Assembly (NCBI RefSeq): GCF_000002075.1
Contig: NW_004797319.1
Location: forward strand, 1,028,714-1,092,713
Direction of reading: 5' to 3'
Source: Aplysia californica
Lineage: Eukaryota
Length of the DNA stretch: 64,000 nt
Shown here: piece after piece, positions 11,620 to 25,199 of the stretch
How positions within the stretch are numbered: position 1 is the stretch's first letter
Layout of the letters: each line of letters starts with the position of its first letter
Notes under the pieces: generated by a model
The model's database searches: none
The model's input: the letters and a program-made list of their open reading frames with translations, nothing else
What the model was told of the DNA's origin: nothing
Position numbers and translations under genes: made by a program

Positions 11620-12655
11620 CTCATTCGCTACGCCGAGCTGTGGGGGGGGCGGCGCGGCTAAAGTGCCGTCAGTACGCTAAGCCGCCCCCGGCGGCTCGAG
11701 AACCGACGTTCAATTTTAGCTTGGTTGCTGTTCCAATCACATATCCATGTTAAAATAAAGATCATAATATAAAGTTGACTTTCGGGTCAAGCGTTTCCAC
11801 CGAAAATCGGAAGTTTTGATTCAGTTTTGAAACACGATTTCGAAGTTTATGCGACATTGTTTTATCGCGAAGCCCAAATTATAGCCCAGACACCAGTCTT
11901 AGTACTTTTACACAACAAAATTTATCATTATTTTGCTCACTAAAGAAGTGTAGGACTCTTCTTTATAATATTGATACTACTGGACTCAAATTGCCAGTGC
12001 ACTGAAATTGAGAAATCAATATTTTTGAGTGCTAGATCTAGGCCTAAATCTAAGTAGTCAAAATATTTTTTTCTCCCCAAAATCACTGCTTTTTGGGGAA
12101 TTTACTAAAAAAAAGTACCATCCAAGACATGTATAGGTTTATTCCAAATGCAATTCTGAATAATTCCATATAAGATACGAGTATTTTTTTCTGTTTGGGA
12201 TCCTTTTTTCAAAATTATTATAAAATTGTTGTTTTTTTCAATATCGGAGGTTATGATCCAAATGTACAAATATTATGGAATGTATGTAAATAACTGCTCA
12301 ATATTTTCCTGTTCTATATACAATTATGGTTATTTTGATGTATAATTTGACTAGGTACAAACATATATTTTGAGTTTCATCTGAGATTATAAATTTTTTG
12401 TTTTCAAATTTTATCCGCAGCCAATCACAATTGTGTTGCATAATCGCCTCTTACAGGAACCAAAGTTGAAAAATACTCAAATAAACAATACAAATGTATT
12501 CTACAAACCATACTGAAAATGTTGGTGTATAATATGTTTATATTTATTTGAATCTATGGCCCCCAAGACCTGTGAACTGCACACTAGTCATCATCTCATT
12601 TCGCCCTCCCGAAAAAAATTCGTCCGCAAGCCGAAAATAATACGTAGCGAATGAG
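11620..12655. mobile_element. piggyBac-like non-autonomous element
   Basis: TTAA-CTCATTCGCTACG ... CGTAGCGAATGAG-TTAA: perfect 13-bp TIR. Confidence 0.85.
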
Positions 12656-12883
12656 TTAAGAGAAGAAAGATGCACATCTGCATTTTCTGACAAAGTGCAC
12701 TTGGTGTCGGCTCTTGCTTTACCATTAAATACACAAGAGAAAGACACTTTGCGTTTGTACATGAACTATATAGTGTCTAGAACAGCCTGAATACAACTAA
12801 GAAAGATATGAGACCATGTAAAAACACCAAACTGTGTAAATACATGGGCAGAGGTAAACTTCTTGTATATGGAATATAAATAA

Positions 12884-15265
12884 CTAGCTGGGTCCCCTTT
12901 CGATGAAAGGAATGATCGGTGCAGTAACATCAACTGAAAGTCATTGGCCTACTATATTTACACTCTTCTAGAATAGAGCAATAAATCTTGAGAGATGCAA
13001 AAAATTAGAAGGTCTAGATCTATACTCTCAAAACAAAATGCGCCTCGCGAAATATCACTTCCGGCACTTCCGCTGTGGAGGACAGCTACGCAGATTTGTT
13101 TCATTTCTCAGTGGAATAATCACAAAGGCCAAAGAAGAACGGGAACTTTTGTCAAATATATTTTTCCAAATTCAGGAAATGAATGAATCAAAAGTCGGGC
13201 TCCGTCATGGGGACCTATCCCAGGGCTGCCTAAATCTACCGATTTTTCTGGTAGTTACCGATTTTGGGCCCGTTCTACGGACATACCGATAAAGGGGTCA
13301 AAACTACCGGATTTGCGATGGGTGCTGCAAGTAGAAGAAGAAAAAGAAAAACACTTTGCCGTTTCCAATCTTCCCAGTTTTTGCGGAAATCCGTACTTTC
13401 GGACAGTTCTGTTTTTGCTGCATCATCATATCAACTCCATGCGTAAAAGAGAAAGAGAGAGAGATTAGCTTATATAAATCGCCGGGACCCGGGAATGCAT
13501 CTGGAATTTGAGGAAATCTGTAAATTCCCCCGCAAAAAATGCACAAAGTCCTCGAAACAAAATCCAGAAGGGCCACTGAGCTCCTATTTTACCAGTCGTG
13601 TTTGTGATTACGTTGGCCTTCCCCGGTCCGAGAGTACATTTCACGCGAATAGCTGGCTATGGCGAATAAGTGGCTATGGCGGCAGACGCAAGTGTAGGTG
13701 TAATATCGAGACTCCATCAGGAAAATCAAAATCTACTTTCGCTTTCGTTACCGCCCAGAATAGTCTGATGATAGTTTGTTAACATTAGGTCTACAGTTAT
13801 GACATGCAGTTTATGCATGAGAAACAGTGTCGCCATGCACATAAAATCAATATTCTCACTATGCTGTCTCATGAAGAAAAGAAAGAAAGAAAAAGAAAGG
13901 GACCGGTCAGTGAACCTGTGCGCTTTGGCATCGTGTGAGTACGGCCTCCGGTACGACATGAGTACGACGGGACTGGCGGTTGTTGGTGTCATCAAAGTTC
14001 ATTCAAAGTAGGACTAGGAGCGTTACTGCACTTTGCAATTGGGTTTGGGGAGGGGGGGGTGTGCTTGACGGAATTCAGTCTTCGGCAGCAGGAGAAGGCC
14101 GCAGTGCAAGAAACTGATGCTAAAATGTAAACGATAAGTGGAAGTGGTGCTCTTAGGTTTTAACATTCGACAATGGAATGTGTAAATGAGGGAACCTTGG
14201 CTTGGTGATTGTATCTTCAAGATTGGTGTTCCCGGATTGGCCGTATTTGTCAATGATGCGATGACAAATTGAATAGTGGCAATGAAGACACATTTTCAAC
14301 CCTTTGAAAGCTCTAGATTTCAATTTCTTTCGGGGCTTCACCCCAATTTCTTTCGGGGCTTCACCCCTGACCCCCTACTGGACCTTGCAGAGGGCCTATG
14401 CTTGAAGAAAAAAAAAAAAAAAAATCTTTTTTTAGATGTATTTGGACTTACTGGAGAATAAGATCTGAAACTAATTTTATCAACAGAGTGTGCATTTTGA
14501 AGGAAAAAAATCAATACTTAGTCCATCACTACATCTCACACTCTTAGGCCTTTCAGCTCCAGCTCTCAGTACACGCTCTCTTCTAATGTCTCTTTTTGCT
14601 CTGCCGTGAGCCTAACTATAACGGTTTTCTTTAAATAAGCTTTGTCTTGCATGCTATTCAACAACCCAATCGTGGTTTTGGCAGTTTATATTCTGGTCTC
14701 AACACAAGCCCAGATCAGGATTTATTTTGTATTTTTAGAGCAAAGCTAGATAAAATTGTCCGTCATACTAAGTCACACAGGATTTTTCAGTGCCCTATAC
14801 TAATGTCGGAAAATGTGTTTTAATATAGTTTCTACTGGTATGGGCTAGGGGTTTTTAAGTCAGTTTGGCATTCACCCTGCACTCAATACCACATTCAATA
14901 CTGAAAAATGGGTGCCTTGAACTTGAACAATAGTCCATAATGTTGAAAACAAAATTTCGCCTCATTTCATCAAGTTTTCAAAATATAATTATCCAAAAAA
15001 TCACGAAAAACAAGCCCCGTTCGATGGTTACTATGTGTAACGGGGCAACAATCATCTTTTTATTTCCTTCTTTGTCTTTGTACTACCTGATTTTGGGCCA
15101 AAATACCTGAAAGTGACCTTGAATTTACCTGAAATGGGAACTTTGAGGCTGGCAGCCCTGCTATCTATCTTTTTGCAGGTACTTGCCAACTTTCAATTCT
15201 GTAGCTGTCGCAGTTTTCCTGGAAAAGTGACACATGTGTTTCCAAGTTGCCAAATATGTAATAGA
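12884..15265 (-). mobile_element. non-autonomous Helitron carrying a nested TIR element
   Basis: Minus strand has an A|TC 5' end (15265) and a 3' end CCTTTC-atc-GAAAGG hairpin then ggacccagCTAG|T (12884). No TSD. Confidence 0.65.
13221..15160. mobile_element. hAT-like non-autonomous element (hAT6-like) nested in the Helitron
   Basis: CAGGGCTGCC ... GGCAGCCCTG. Flanks ctatcc and ctatct (6 bp, one mismatch). Confidence 0.7.
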
Positions 15266-15548
15266 TGACAGCTAATACATTCGTTCTTAGTTTTCGTATC
15301 AGAAATGTACTCAGGCACTTATTAATGTGAAGAAATCAGTACGTGGTCAGTCTTTGCAAATGGTAATAGAAACTGAAAGAAAAGCTCGAAAAGTCTGGTA
15401 CTGATTCAGCGTCACTGGAAAGCCAGAAATTATTCTGAAAACCCTGTTGCAACAAGTTACCCCCATTCTTCAGTCAATTTACAAATGTAGAGACTTAAGT
15501 TTTAAGAAAAGTAAGGCATTTCTTGAGTGTAACAGATACTGTATATAT

Positions 15549-15983
15549 GTGAGGCAGCGTGGTGAAATCAGGCGCTCGTCAAAATGATGAAATTGTAGAA
15601 ACTGGCACTTTTCCACCTGTTTTGCAATTTTTATTGAATTTTTGTTTTTAGGCTCAACACCTTTTCTGTCCATTTAAGAACACATTTCTATGTCGATTTC
15701 ACTGAAAAAGTTGATTAGAGGCACAAAGAATGTAAGTTTTCCGTTTCCATGGACTCTCAAGCTATGGAAATAACCAAACTTTGGCGGCCATTTTCTCGCT
15801 AATTTTACCTCTGAAACCAGGCTGCCCCCACCTCTTTCAATCGCAAATATCTTGACTCGTATTCAAGATAAATGGATATTCTTTTCTTCCAAATCAAGAC
15901 AAATGAACAAGCTTTAAGATGGTACCAATAACTCCACATGCCCAAAAAATTAACGAGCGCCCGATTCCCCCGCATCTTGACAC
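15549..15983 (+). mobile_element. Sola1-like MITE, copy B
   Basis: Collinear with 1798-2236; atat|GTGAGG ... GACAC|ttat. Confidence 0.65.
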
Positions 15984-16860
15984 TTATATATATGCATGAC
16001 ATTGTAGATGTATTTTGGCACTAGAATCGATTCATACATCTATGTAGAGAGACCACAGCGTAAATATATATGATAATTAATAGTCTGATACTCACGATTT
16101 TATTAGACACATAACATTGTGTGTGAAGGAATGGCATGTGTGAGGTCTCGAAATGATTCTTCGCCCATTGTGTGCAAGGTGGATTAAGGTGCAGAAATAC
16201 AGCTTTCTATCTTCTTCGCAGATACACCCTTTTAGATACACCCTTTTGTGAGTACCTTCATCTATGTCATGTTTCTTTTTTAATGTTGCTTTTTTGTCAT
16301 CCACTTTTGTAAAAAAAAATTCACAATTTAGCATTGCCAAGAAATTGCAGGATATTTTCTCCGTCGTTGTTCCCAGCAGAATTTTAAATTTTATAAAGGC
16401 CATTGGCCTTTATGGCGAGTTGTAAAGTGAATCTGATATTATTTAAAATTTTTATTGTTACTTAAAAGTTGTTTTAGATCACAAATGTATTTACACCGAA
16501 TTTGAATATTTTAACTTTTTAGCATTTTAAAGTAAACTAGTTACCAGTCGTGAAGTGAACTTTCGCAGAGGTGAACAACTTGTGTTTCGCGCGCTCATAT
16601 GACCTTAGCAGTTGCGAGCGCCGTAAAACCTTATACTACTAACTAACTAACAACTTCAGTGTGTTTAACGAAAAAACCAAATGAGTTACAATGTCCGTTC
16701 TTTTTTGAGTCGCAAGAGCAAAATTTCATACTTTGGGTGCATTGGATGATAAGTACAAGGATACTCCCAAAACTAAAAGTTGAAGAGTACCAAAAATTAA
16801 GTCAGCCCAGCCAGAGAAGCGACAGGGAGCTGACCTTTGTGATCCTGATGTGTTAAGGTG

Positions 16861-16867
16861 CCCCCCC

Positions 16868-16916
<49 letters not shown>

Positions 16917-16958
16917 CCTCTCTCTTTCTCTCCCTCTCTTTCTCTCTCTCCCTCTCTC
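16861..16958. repeat. poly-C plus (CT)n microsatellite
   Basis: Directly visible. Confidence 0.95.
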
Positions 16959-17193
16959 AAGACCATAATATGTTGAGCTGAACAGCACAAAATCTGACAC
17001 TATACTTTGTTTTGTTTACAGTACTTACTAGATTTGACGATCATATAAGTAAGTATTAAACAACTTGCTTAAAGTTCGCTGATGAACCTATGATATGTGG
17101 TTCACAAATCCAGAGTTTACCTAGGTTTCCAAAGCACCAAGAGGAACGGATGGAAGGTTTTATGAAGAAAAAAGTTGTTGCCTTCTCTTTTAG

Positions 17194-17292
17194 GTGGCAA
17201 AGTGGAACTTTGGGATGAAAGAACGCAATCCAATCAAGACTCTCAAAGTGTACTGCAAGTCAGAACCAGACAAGGCAGTTGATGCCCCTGAG
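17194..17292 (+). CDS. SAMHD1: SAMHD1-like coding exon E
   Basis: tttag|GTG...GAG|gtaagt reads VAKWNFGMKERNPIKTLKVYCKSEPDKAVDAPE (human [28 protein letters not shown]). Confidence 0.92.
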
Positions 17293-17721
17293 GTAAGTAA
17301 CTACCTTATGAAATCTCCCTTAGTGTTGTGCTTAATCTGCCGTCGAAAGTAAGTGGTTTGTCAGAGGTATCACTGTTAGATCCTACTGTTTACTCCCCTC
17401 TTTTCTTTCTGTTTGTCAGTCTCATTTTATTCCCCTACACTAGTTTATCCTTACGTTACTTGAAATGTATCATTTAAAATGTTGGCTTTCTGTGGAAGTT
17501 TTTATATGACAGTCAATCTCATTGCTGATTTTTGTTGTTGTTTTGGTAACTGGTCAAGCTTTGTACCTGGTTTTTGTCCTTTCATCCAATGACATGAAAG
17601 GGTATGTGGGTTCTAATAGCATGTAATATCTTTGAGTGGCCTCACAAGGAGAGAGAATGATATCATCGAGTTCTGGGCAGCAGAAAAAGTGGTGGTCCAC
17701 TGTCTAGTCTCATAAATTTTT

Positions 17722-19066
17722 GGCAGCTGGTATGTTCACGACATGTCGTGGGGAAAAAATGTAAGCGCATTTTCATGACCTGTCGGGGGAAAAAAAATTA
17801 TGCGCATTTTCATGACCTGTCAAAGACATACCGGCTCTTACCGCAGAGGTCTAGATTTTCTAAGCAATTTTTTTTTCAGTAGATCTACATCTTGCTTCCG
17901 ATTTTGGACTTGTTCTAACACCATTCCGATTAAGGTATCAAAACTACCAGATTTGTGATACGATATGTTCCGAGAGTGCTTCCAACTCCAACTTTCCCTT
18001 GAGAAACCCGTAACCTAGATTTACATCCCGAAATCTTTGAAAAGAGAGAGAGAAAGAGACAGACAGACAGACTGATGACAGACAGAGAGAGAAAAGAAGG
18101 GGGGGGGGCACGGTTGCTTTCTTATTTCTTGCTTTTCGGGCGGTAGCTCTAAAATCTCACCCTCGGCAGTAAGTTTTGGGCCTATTTGTGCGAACTCGAC
18201 CATTGTCCCTCTGCGCAGCTCTGTCGGGAAAATAAAGGTGTTAATAAGTGAAGTTCTGCTCTGGTTTTGCCATTCCACAATCGAACGTGTAAAAAATGGT
18301 GGAAATTTAGAGTAGAATCTATAGGATTGGTGATCGTACCGTCAGGATTGATATTCCCGGATTTGTGTAACAGCCTACTGTAAGAGATGCGATGACAAAT
18401 TGAATAATAGCCGCAATGAAAAATGCCGTTTTCGACCCTCAGAAAGTTTTAAAAAACCTTTGTTAAAGTAGAGACATGAACACAAACAGTACTGCCACTC
18501 CGCCGGGTAGTGTTTCGACTCGTCTTTGATTGTGTTGTTCTTGGTGGTGGCTGATTTCGAGGATTTTTTGCTGAAAACATACTTTGTACCGCAGTACTTC
18601 CGAAGTGTTAGATTGGAACCTACAGGGTAAAAGATCAAGGGGAAGACCTCGTGGAACCTGGAGAAGAGTACGGAAATGGATGTACAGAAAAGTGGAAAGA
18701 CATGGAGTGACATCAAGCCACTTGCCCAGGATAGGGAAAGGTGGAGAGTGTTTGTTCGTGGCCTATATCCTGACCCGGAGGGTGGGAAAGGCAATGATGA
18801 TGACTTCCGAAATTCTTCCTCAAACTCACGATACGCTTTAAAATTAAGAATTCGTCCCACTTCAAAGGGAAGGGGATTTGCATCCGCCATTCTTATCGAG
18901 AGAGAGAGAGAGAGAGACTGAGAGAGAAGGCATGGCCAAAGGGCAGAGAGTCTATAAATACACCTCTGGCATGACCCAGCTGTTTACTGATTCTTCCAAG
19001 GAGAAAAACAAGTCGAGAAAATGCGCGTAGATTTTTTTTCCACATGTCGTGAAAATACCGGCTGCC
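17722..19066 (-). mobile_element. MULE/Mutator-like deletion derivative
   Basis: About 25-bp TIR GGCAGCYGGTATKTTCACGACATGT with 9-bp flanks taaattttt and tgtattttt. The minus-strand ORF start resembles the FAR1/ZSWIM3-type N-terminal domain of MULE transposases. Confidence 0.7.
18605..18802 (+). mobile_element. RTE LINE 3' fragment inside the MULE
   Basis: Reads LDWNLQGKRSRGRPRGTWRR and AQDRERWR, with a (TGA)n tail and 9-bp TSD acttccgaa at 18596-18604 and 18803-18811. Confidence 0.85.
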
Positions 19067-19736
19067 TGTATTTTTACAAGGGCATGTTTCTGTGGTTAAT
19101 TTCTGTTGAGGTGTGAGGAAGAAATTCAGTGGTTTATATTCTATGTGTTAGTGACAAATCATGGACTGTCCTTCTCTTGTGGCTTGGTTATTGTCATTTT
19201 TTTCTGTGGTAGCCATATATGCTTGATCTGTGATGTCCATTGCGTTTTTGGCCCTTCCAGCTCATTTTGGTGTTCACTGTGGTGATTTATTTTGGTGTTG
19301 GAAGACAAGTTTGTGTTCCTGTCAAGTTTTTTGCAAATATGCCTGTTCTTTCAGTTCTTTGTGCGTTTGAGTGTTCTTGGACCCACTGCTTCTCCAGGTT
19401 GATGTCTTAGAAGTTAGAATGTCATTAGATGGTTTGAGTCTAACTTTATGTGTCAGTCGTTGACAGGTGTTCTGGTGTGATTTGCTCCTTCTTTCATTAA
19501 ATTTGTCCTCCTTTTTTTGTGTTTGTTACTCTCTTGTAACGCCTCTAATCTTATGCACATATATAACCTCATTGTGTTGCAAGTGCTGTAAAAGTCTTAC
19601 TAAAACTAAAACAAACTTTTACTTTACCGCATCTTTGTTCACATTTCACAGGGGTTTCACGAACTGATTCCCAGTCAATGAAGCTATCAGTACCAGTACT
19701 CTGGCAGTACTATGTTTTTGGTTTTCAAAGGATTAT

Positions 19737-21105
19737 TGAGGGTGGATAAAAAATTAAGTGGACTGATGCTATTATATATGAAAATTACTGCAGCATAATT
19801 TACTCCTCACTGCTACCTTCAAAGTAGCCCCGTCCTGCACGTATCCAGTGATTCCAGCAGGTTTGTAAGCATTGGAAGCTTCTCTGTACCTCCTCCTTTG
19901 TGATAGCCTTGAGCACTCTGTCTCAGCTACTCAAATTTAATACATTTTGGCCTAATATCTTCAAAACAGAAGCCTTTCAAATGCATTTTCACTTTTGAGA
20001 AAAAATAAAATCACATGGAACCAAGAGTGGTGAGTATGGTCGATGAGACATCAGTTACTGCGTGACGGAGCCAGTCGTTTTGGTCAAATGTTCTCCCTCA
20101 AATGCCTCAACACTTGCACGTAATAGTTTTGATTGATTCTTTGTCATTGTGAAACTTATTCTTAGAGTGTAATGCCCTACCAATTGTTAAAGAAAACTAC
20201 AAATAGTTACTAAACATTACTTCACACCTAGTAGGTGTTCTTTGAATGTGGCGAATCTACGTATTTCCTTTGTGTTGATTGTTGCTTTGTTTCTGGGTTG
20301 TAGAAGCTACAGCCAAGTTTCCTCACCTATAATAATTCTTTTAGGGAAGTTTTCGTCAAGTCTGTGATCAACGCAACGAACATATACTCCCATCTACTCA
20401 GTTGCTTTTGGTCTTCAATCAGCAAACGGGGACAAAAATTTTGCATCCTCTCTTTGCTTAACTGCGATGCTTGGAGTTTGACATAGCCACAAGAAATTCC
20501 CGCAGTGCTCATGACTTCATTAGCAGTTTGGCAACAATTATTTCAGACAGTTTCGTCTACTTTTTAAAGTCTCCTCTTTTACAGACATCTTCAGCCTTCC
20601 CCCAGACCCCAGCATTAAATTTGGAGGAACATGAAAAGCATTACGTTCTTGTTAATTAATCTTTGCCAAAAGCAACCAACAACATTTCAACTGCTTCATG
20701 TAAGACTCGACCATACACCATATTAAAAAGTGATGTTGACCGAGTCTTACACTGAGCAGACGATTTGAAATGTTTCTGTGGCTGTTCTTCCAAATGAATC
20801 AAAACTGAATGCTCATGTTTTGCTCAATCCGCTTCCACAAAGACAAGGTAAATAAAACACAACAATTTTAATATCCTTCAAACTTTTTTTGAAATTTGGC
20901 TTAAGATATAAACTGTAATCACGATGAACGTGAAGTGAACTCGGAAAAGTTGATGCCAAGTGAAAATTGTTGTACAGTAATCGATGAAACTTTTTCGTAT
21001 GATGATGAAAAAGGCTTCTGTTTGTGCCAGTAACATGCTCAACAAGAGTACCCAATTATTTACTATTGGAAAAACTGAGTTCGGTTACTTTTTTATCCAC
21101 CCTCT
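19737..21105 (-). mobile_element. full-length decayed mariner element
   Basis: TIR GAGGGTGGATAAAAA at both ends, about 1.37 kb. Broken minus-strand transposase with PRLLIEDQKQ, PYSPLLVPCDF and GYFEG motifs. Confidence 0.85.
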
Positions 21106-21966
21106 TACTATGTCCCTCAAAAATAGAGCTTTGATAATATAAAAGCAGTTTTTATTGCTTCCTAAATTTTGTATGTTTTTCTTGGTAAGCTTGCAAAGTG
21201 TTATTGAAATTTCCAGGCAAGTGATCTATTAGATATGATTTCGCATTTATTCAAATAAGTTTCCCTTTTTTTTGTGTGATGAATACATGTGTCACTGTGT
21301 CTGAAAATTTAGCATTCTTGTTTTTGGATTCTGTCATTATCTCATGATTCTTCAAAAAGATGGGCAGGGAAATTTTAAATTGGTCTTCAAGTTTCTTATC
21401 TGTTTCATAGCTGATGATTTCATTTTCTTGTGCTTCTGGTCTTCAGTGGAGAAATGTCCTTTTGAGTTGTCCGCTTCTGGGTCTTCCCATATCTTCCAGG
21501 TCTGTTTGATGGTCTGGCTTTATTCTTTTCATTCTTTCACAGAGCACCCTACGCCACCCTTTACAAAGCAGTTGCACTGCTTTTGGTCTGAACAAGAGTG
21601 TTTAAGGTAGTGACACTGCCCCTGATCCTTTTGGGCCAAGGTAGTGTTCCTTTAGTATCTGTTTGCCAAAGAGACATAACCTAGGACATTCTTGACTGAG
21701 TTGCACTTTCAACCTTTTCTTTCATTGATCTTTGGATTGTCAACACCTTTTAGCTCACTTGAATCCTGATTTGGGAAAGAACACTAAAATTTGTTAATGT
21801 TATTTGTTACGTGACAAGTTTTGTGGAAGTCATTGATATGCTTTGGAGCTGGCCTCCTCGGTTATATCGATTGTGTCAATGTAGGAGTTAAAGATTTACA
21901 GTTACAATTACCAGTCACTGTTATACGCTACATTGTGAAATTGACCAACAAGGAGGTGGTTTGAAC

Positions 21967-22751
21967 CAGTGGCGGTGGGTGGACCAAAATTTGGGTGGGG
22001 CTTAGGTTGCTTCCAGATTTTCTATAGTCACAATGAGCCACGGCAGTTTGAGTACCATGCAAACGAGAAGAGTTGCCTTTGTTTTCCATCTCTTTGTTCT
22101 TAGTTAAATTCTTGTCGATGGTGTGAACGAAGCCGATTCACCTCCAAATTTCCTCTAATTAGTTTTCGTGTGATGAAAAAGTTGCCTTACAAGTAATTCG
22201 ACCTGATTTATAACTGTTAAATCTCAGTGGCACAAACACAAACATGCACACACAGCATTTCAAACATAATACTTCTATGAGCTGGACTAGGCCGTGTAGT
22301 CGAGAAAGTTGAACGCACCTTACAAAGAACCAATGAGCGCATAGGTATCTGTGTCAGTGGGGGAAAGTGTGTCGTAAACTTTCACCCCATTGTCAGGGCT
22401 AGGAGAGCGTGAGCCCTCGGCACAGTGTTATTTTTTCCCAGTCTTCTACCTTTTTACAAGAAGAGTTTCATTAAGGACGGGCTGTGGGAAAAGGGCTGAT
22501 CTTTGCTGAGCCCTAAAGACATTTGATTGGCTGCTGGGTTACTATAGTTGTAAGCGGTGACAACAGTGATTGGGTAAGCGAGCAAGCCGCCGAATAGATC
22601 ACGCTGTATTCATTGCGTGCGGTCATAACGGTTTCAACTGCTTATTTCATTATGGAGAAACTTTCATTTACTTTGGGATAGAATTGGGGGTGGCGGGTGG
22701 GGAGGGGATAGGGGCTCAAGCCCGTGAGCCCTTCACTTCCCACCGCCACTG
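21967..22751. mobile_element. hAT non-autonomous element
   Basis: TIR CAGTGGCGGTGGG with perfect 8-bp TSD gtttgaac at 21959-21966 and 22752-22759. Confidence 0.88.
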
Positions 22752-22889
22752 GTTTGAACATGAGTCCAAAGTGAGGCTTAATTTTTGTTCTCCTTCTAAG
22801 AGTATTTCCCGTTATCTTGGTGTGTCATCTGTGTCCAAGTGTACCAACACAATAACCATTTCTGTGGTGAAAAAGCCATGTGTGCTTTA

Positions 22890-23310
22890 TCTTCTTCTTC
22901 TTTTTTTTCTATCCTGTGGTTGGGGCAACCGTGGGGGCACCACTGCATCTGACAACCAGCTCTCGCCGTTTCTCTTTCTCCTCTGCTTTTCTCAGATTGT
23001 CACCCATCATCTTTCCTGTCCACTCTGTAATGTTGTCCTCCCTTCTCCTCCTCTGCCTTCCTCTCTTTCTCTTTTCTTGTACGGTTCCTTGTAGGATTGT
23101 TTTGGCAAGTCCTGTGGATCTTGTGACGTGCCCATACCATTTTAATTTTCGTCTCTTCACTGTGATCAGTAGATCTTCATGCTGCCCCACTGCATTGGTG
23201 ATTCTGTTCCTTACCTCAGTATTTAAAATGTGGTCTTTGTATGAGATGTCAAGGAGTTTGCGGTAACATCTCATCTCTGTTGTCTGAATCCTTTTCTCCA
23301 ATTCTGCTGT
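22890..23310 (-). mobile_element. RTE LINE 3' fragment
   Basis: ORF 22909..23301 reads EMRCYRKLL...KRRKLKWYGHVTRS...ILQGTVQEKRKRGRQRRR, with a (GAA)n tail. Confidence 0.88.
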
Positions 23311-24251
23311 CTTCTTTGTTTTACTTTTCTAGCTTTATTTAAGTACAGATAAATATGCCTTATATGGCTTATTGTGTGTAGCTTAGAACCAAATGATACT
23401 TGGTGATATTCCTTTCACTGCTTGGGTTCAGTCACCACTGACTGCTGCCGTGACGACGTTAAGGAAGATTAATTGTGCTTATAGTTTTATTCGTCGTCTT
23501 AAAAGCAAGTACACCCTTAACCCTTTCGTTGCCAGGGGGGTATGCATTGCTACTGTCAGCGCTGATTTTCAGCTGAACTCGTCACCCAACACAGCAGTCT
23601 AGTGTCTCAGTGTTAATGGACGTGCGGTCTAGGTCTAGCATTCTTGTGACATATTTCGGATGCCGGGTCTTCTATTGTTTCACTTTTTTTACTTTTCTTA
23701 TTCCCGATTTCCTCCCATCTTACTCCTAATTTCGAATAACCTGCAAATCTAAGTCAAAAAGTGAATTTCTTTGCCGTTTTAAAGTCATTTTGATGTTAAC
23801 GTTTTACGAGAGCACGCATCCGTTCGCTTGCCTAGATATATTATACATTTATCGGTCGCTTGCAAGCGTAAGCTGTAAAGAAATATTAGCTAATTTAGTA
23901 CTGGTATGCTCGTCTTTTGTTCCCGAATACGAGTCTACGCAGCGCTTGTGGCTAAAACTTCGTACAGAAGAATTAGAGCCAGGTTATTAGCGTGCAGTAC
24001 ATGTAACGTCGTATAGGCAACCACGAGCGGAAAATTTTGCCAACTTCTGTGACGTACATGGAATGGTGCAGCGCTAAAAATTATGCATTTTCGTGACATA
24101 CGATGTAAGACAACGAAGTGGTTCATAATGCAGGTATTTAGAAAGTGCTACCTGTAGGTCCTACTTTTTTCCCCCCAGTTTCTGCCGTCTGTCTTGCTTT
24201 TCCCCGCACCGTTTAAAAAACAAGAATTGTTATTCCTTTTGCTATTCTCAG

Positions 24252-24368
24252 CCTGGGCTGTTGATCAAGCCAAGCGTCTTTGAGGAGATCAAGATTCGCG
24301 TATACAGTTGCACTAAAGATGATGCTAAGCGTCGCAGTATCCGTGAAGCCTTCCAAAGATGGCTACAG
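24252..24368 (+). CDS. SAMHD1: SAMHD1-like coding exon F
   Basis: tctcag|CCT...CAG|gtaagt reads PGLLIKPSVFEEIKIRVYSCTKDDAKRRSIREAFQRWLQ (human VSQLLPEKFAEQLIRVYCK...QYFVQW). Confidence 0.9.
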
Positions 24369-25199
24369 GTAAGTCAGTGTTCAGGATTTGTTACTATAAT
24401 TTTCTTAAATTCTCCTTGCGCCCCCCATGTCAATTTTCAAATTATGTAACTTTGTTATTTAGCTGTGGGTTTTTTTTTCCAGATTCATTCCTCCACTTTT
24501 TGTAATCACAAAATCTGGCCATTTCAATAGTTCTTCTTTCACCAAGCACCACAAAGACAAAAGAAAAGAGTGCACCGTAATTTGTGCAAACCAAAAACAA
24601 CAAAAAATTGTCTCTTTTCTCAAGTTCTGTCAATGCTCAAGATAGCTGATCCAGACTCTTGGCCATAGGTTTGGAATATTAATGTCAAAGCTTCTATTTA
24701 TTTCTGGTGGTGTAGTGGTGGGGGGGGGGGGGGGGGTTGTTAGGGTTTTCTTTTTTTTGGGGGGGGGTGTTTTTTTGTTTTTTGCTTTCCATTGAAGAAA
24801 GAGATACATGCAATTGACAGTTTGAATGGAAGTGAGGAAAAGATTTAGGTGTGTGTGGTGCTAGATCCAGAACAATACCTTCAGCTTCGAGGGAAACTGA
24901 ACTCTTATTGTTTTTACAGTTTTGGGGAATTTTGTTACGATTTTGTAGGTACTATTACTAAAAGTAACATAATTTTGCTCCCATACAAGATAGAATAATG
25001 CATCAATGAATTCAGAATTGGATTTGCTTTCAAGTAACATGCTTTGGAACCATGGAAGAAGTTTTTAACATTTTAAAAATCTGATCGTTGACCAGAGCCA
25101 AGCCGTGCAGTGAACTGTTGTGAATGCAACCAACTTAATTGTGTTTCGTGCTTTCTTATATGACCTTATGCAGTTCCGAGCGCTGTAAAACTTACTAAA

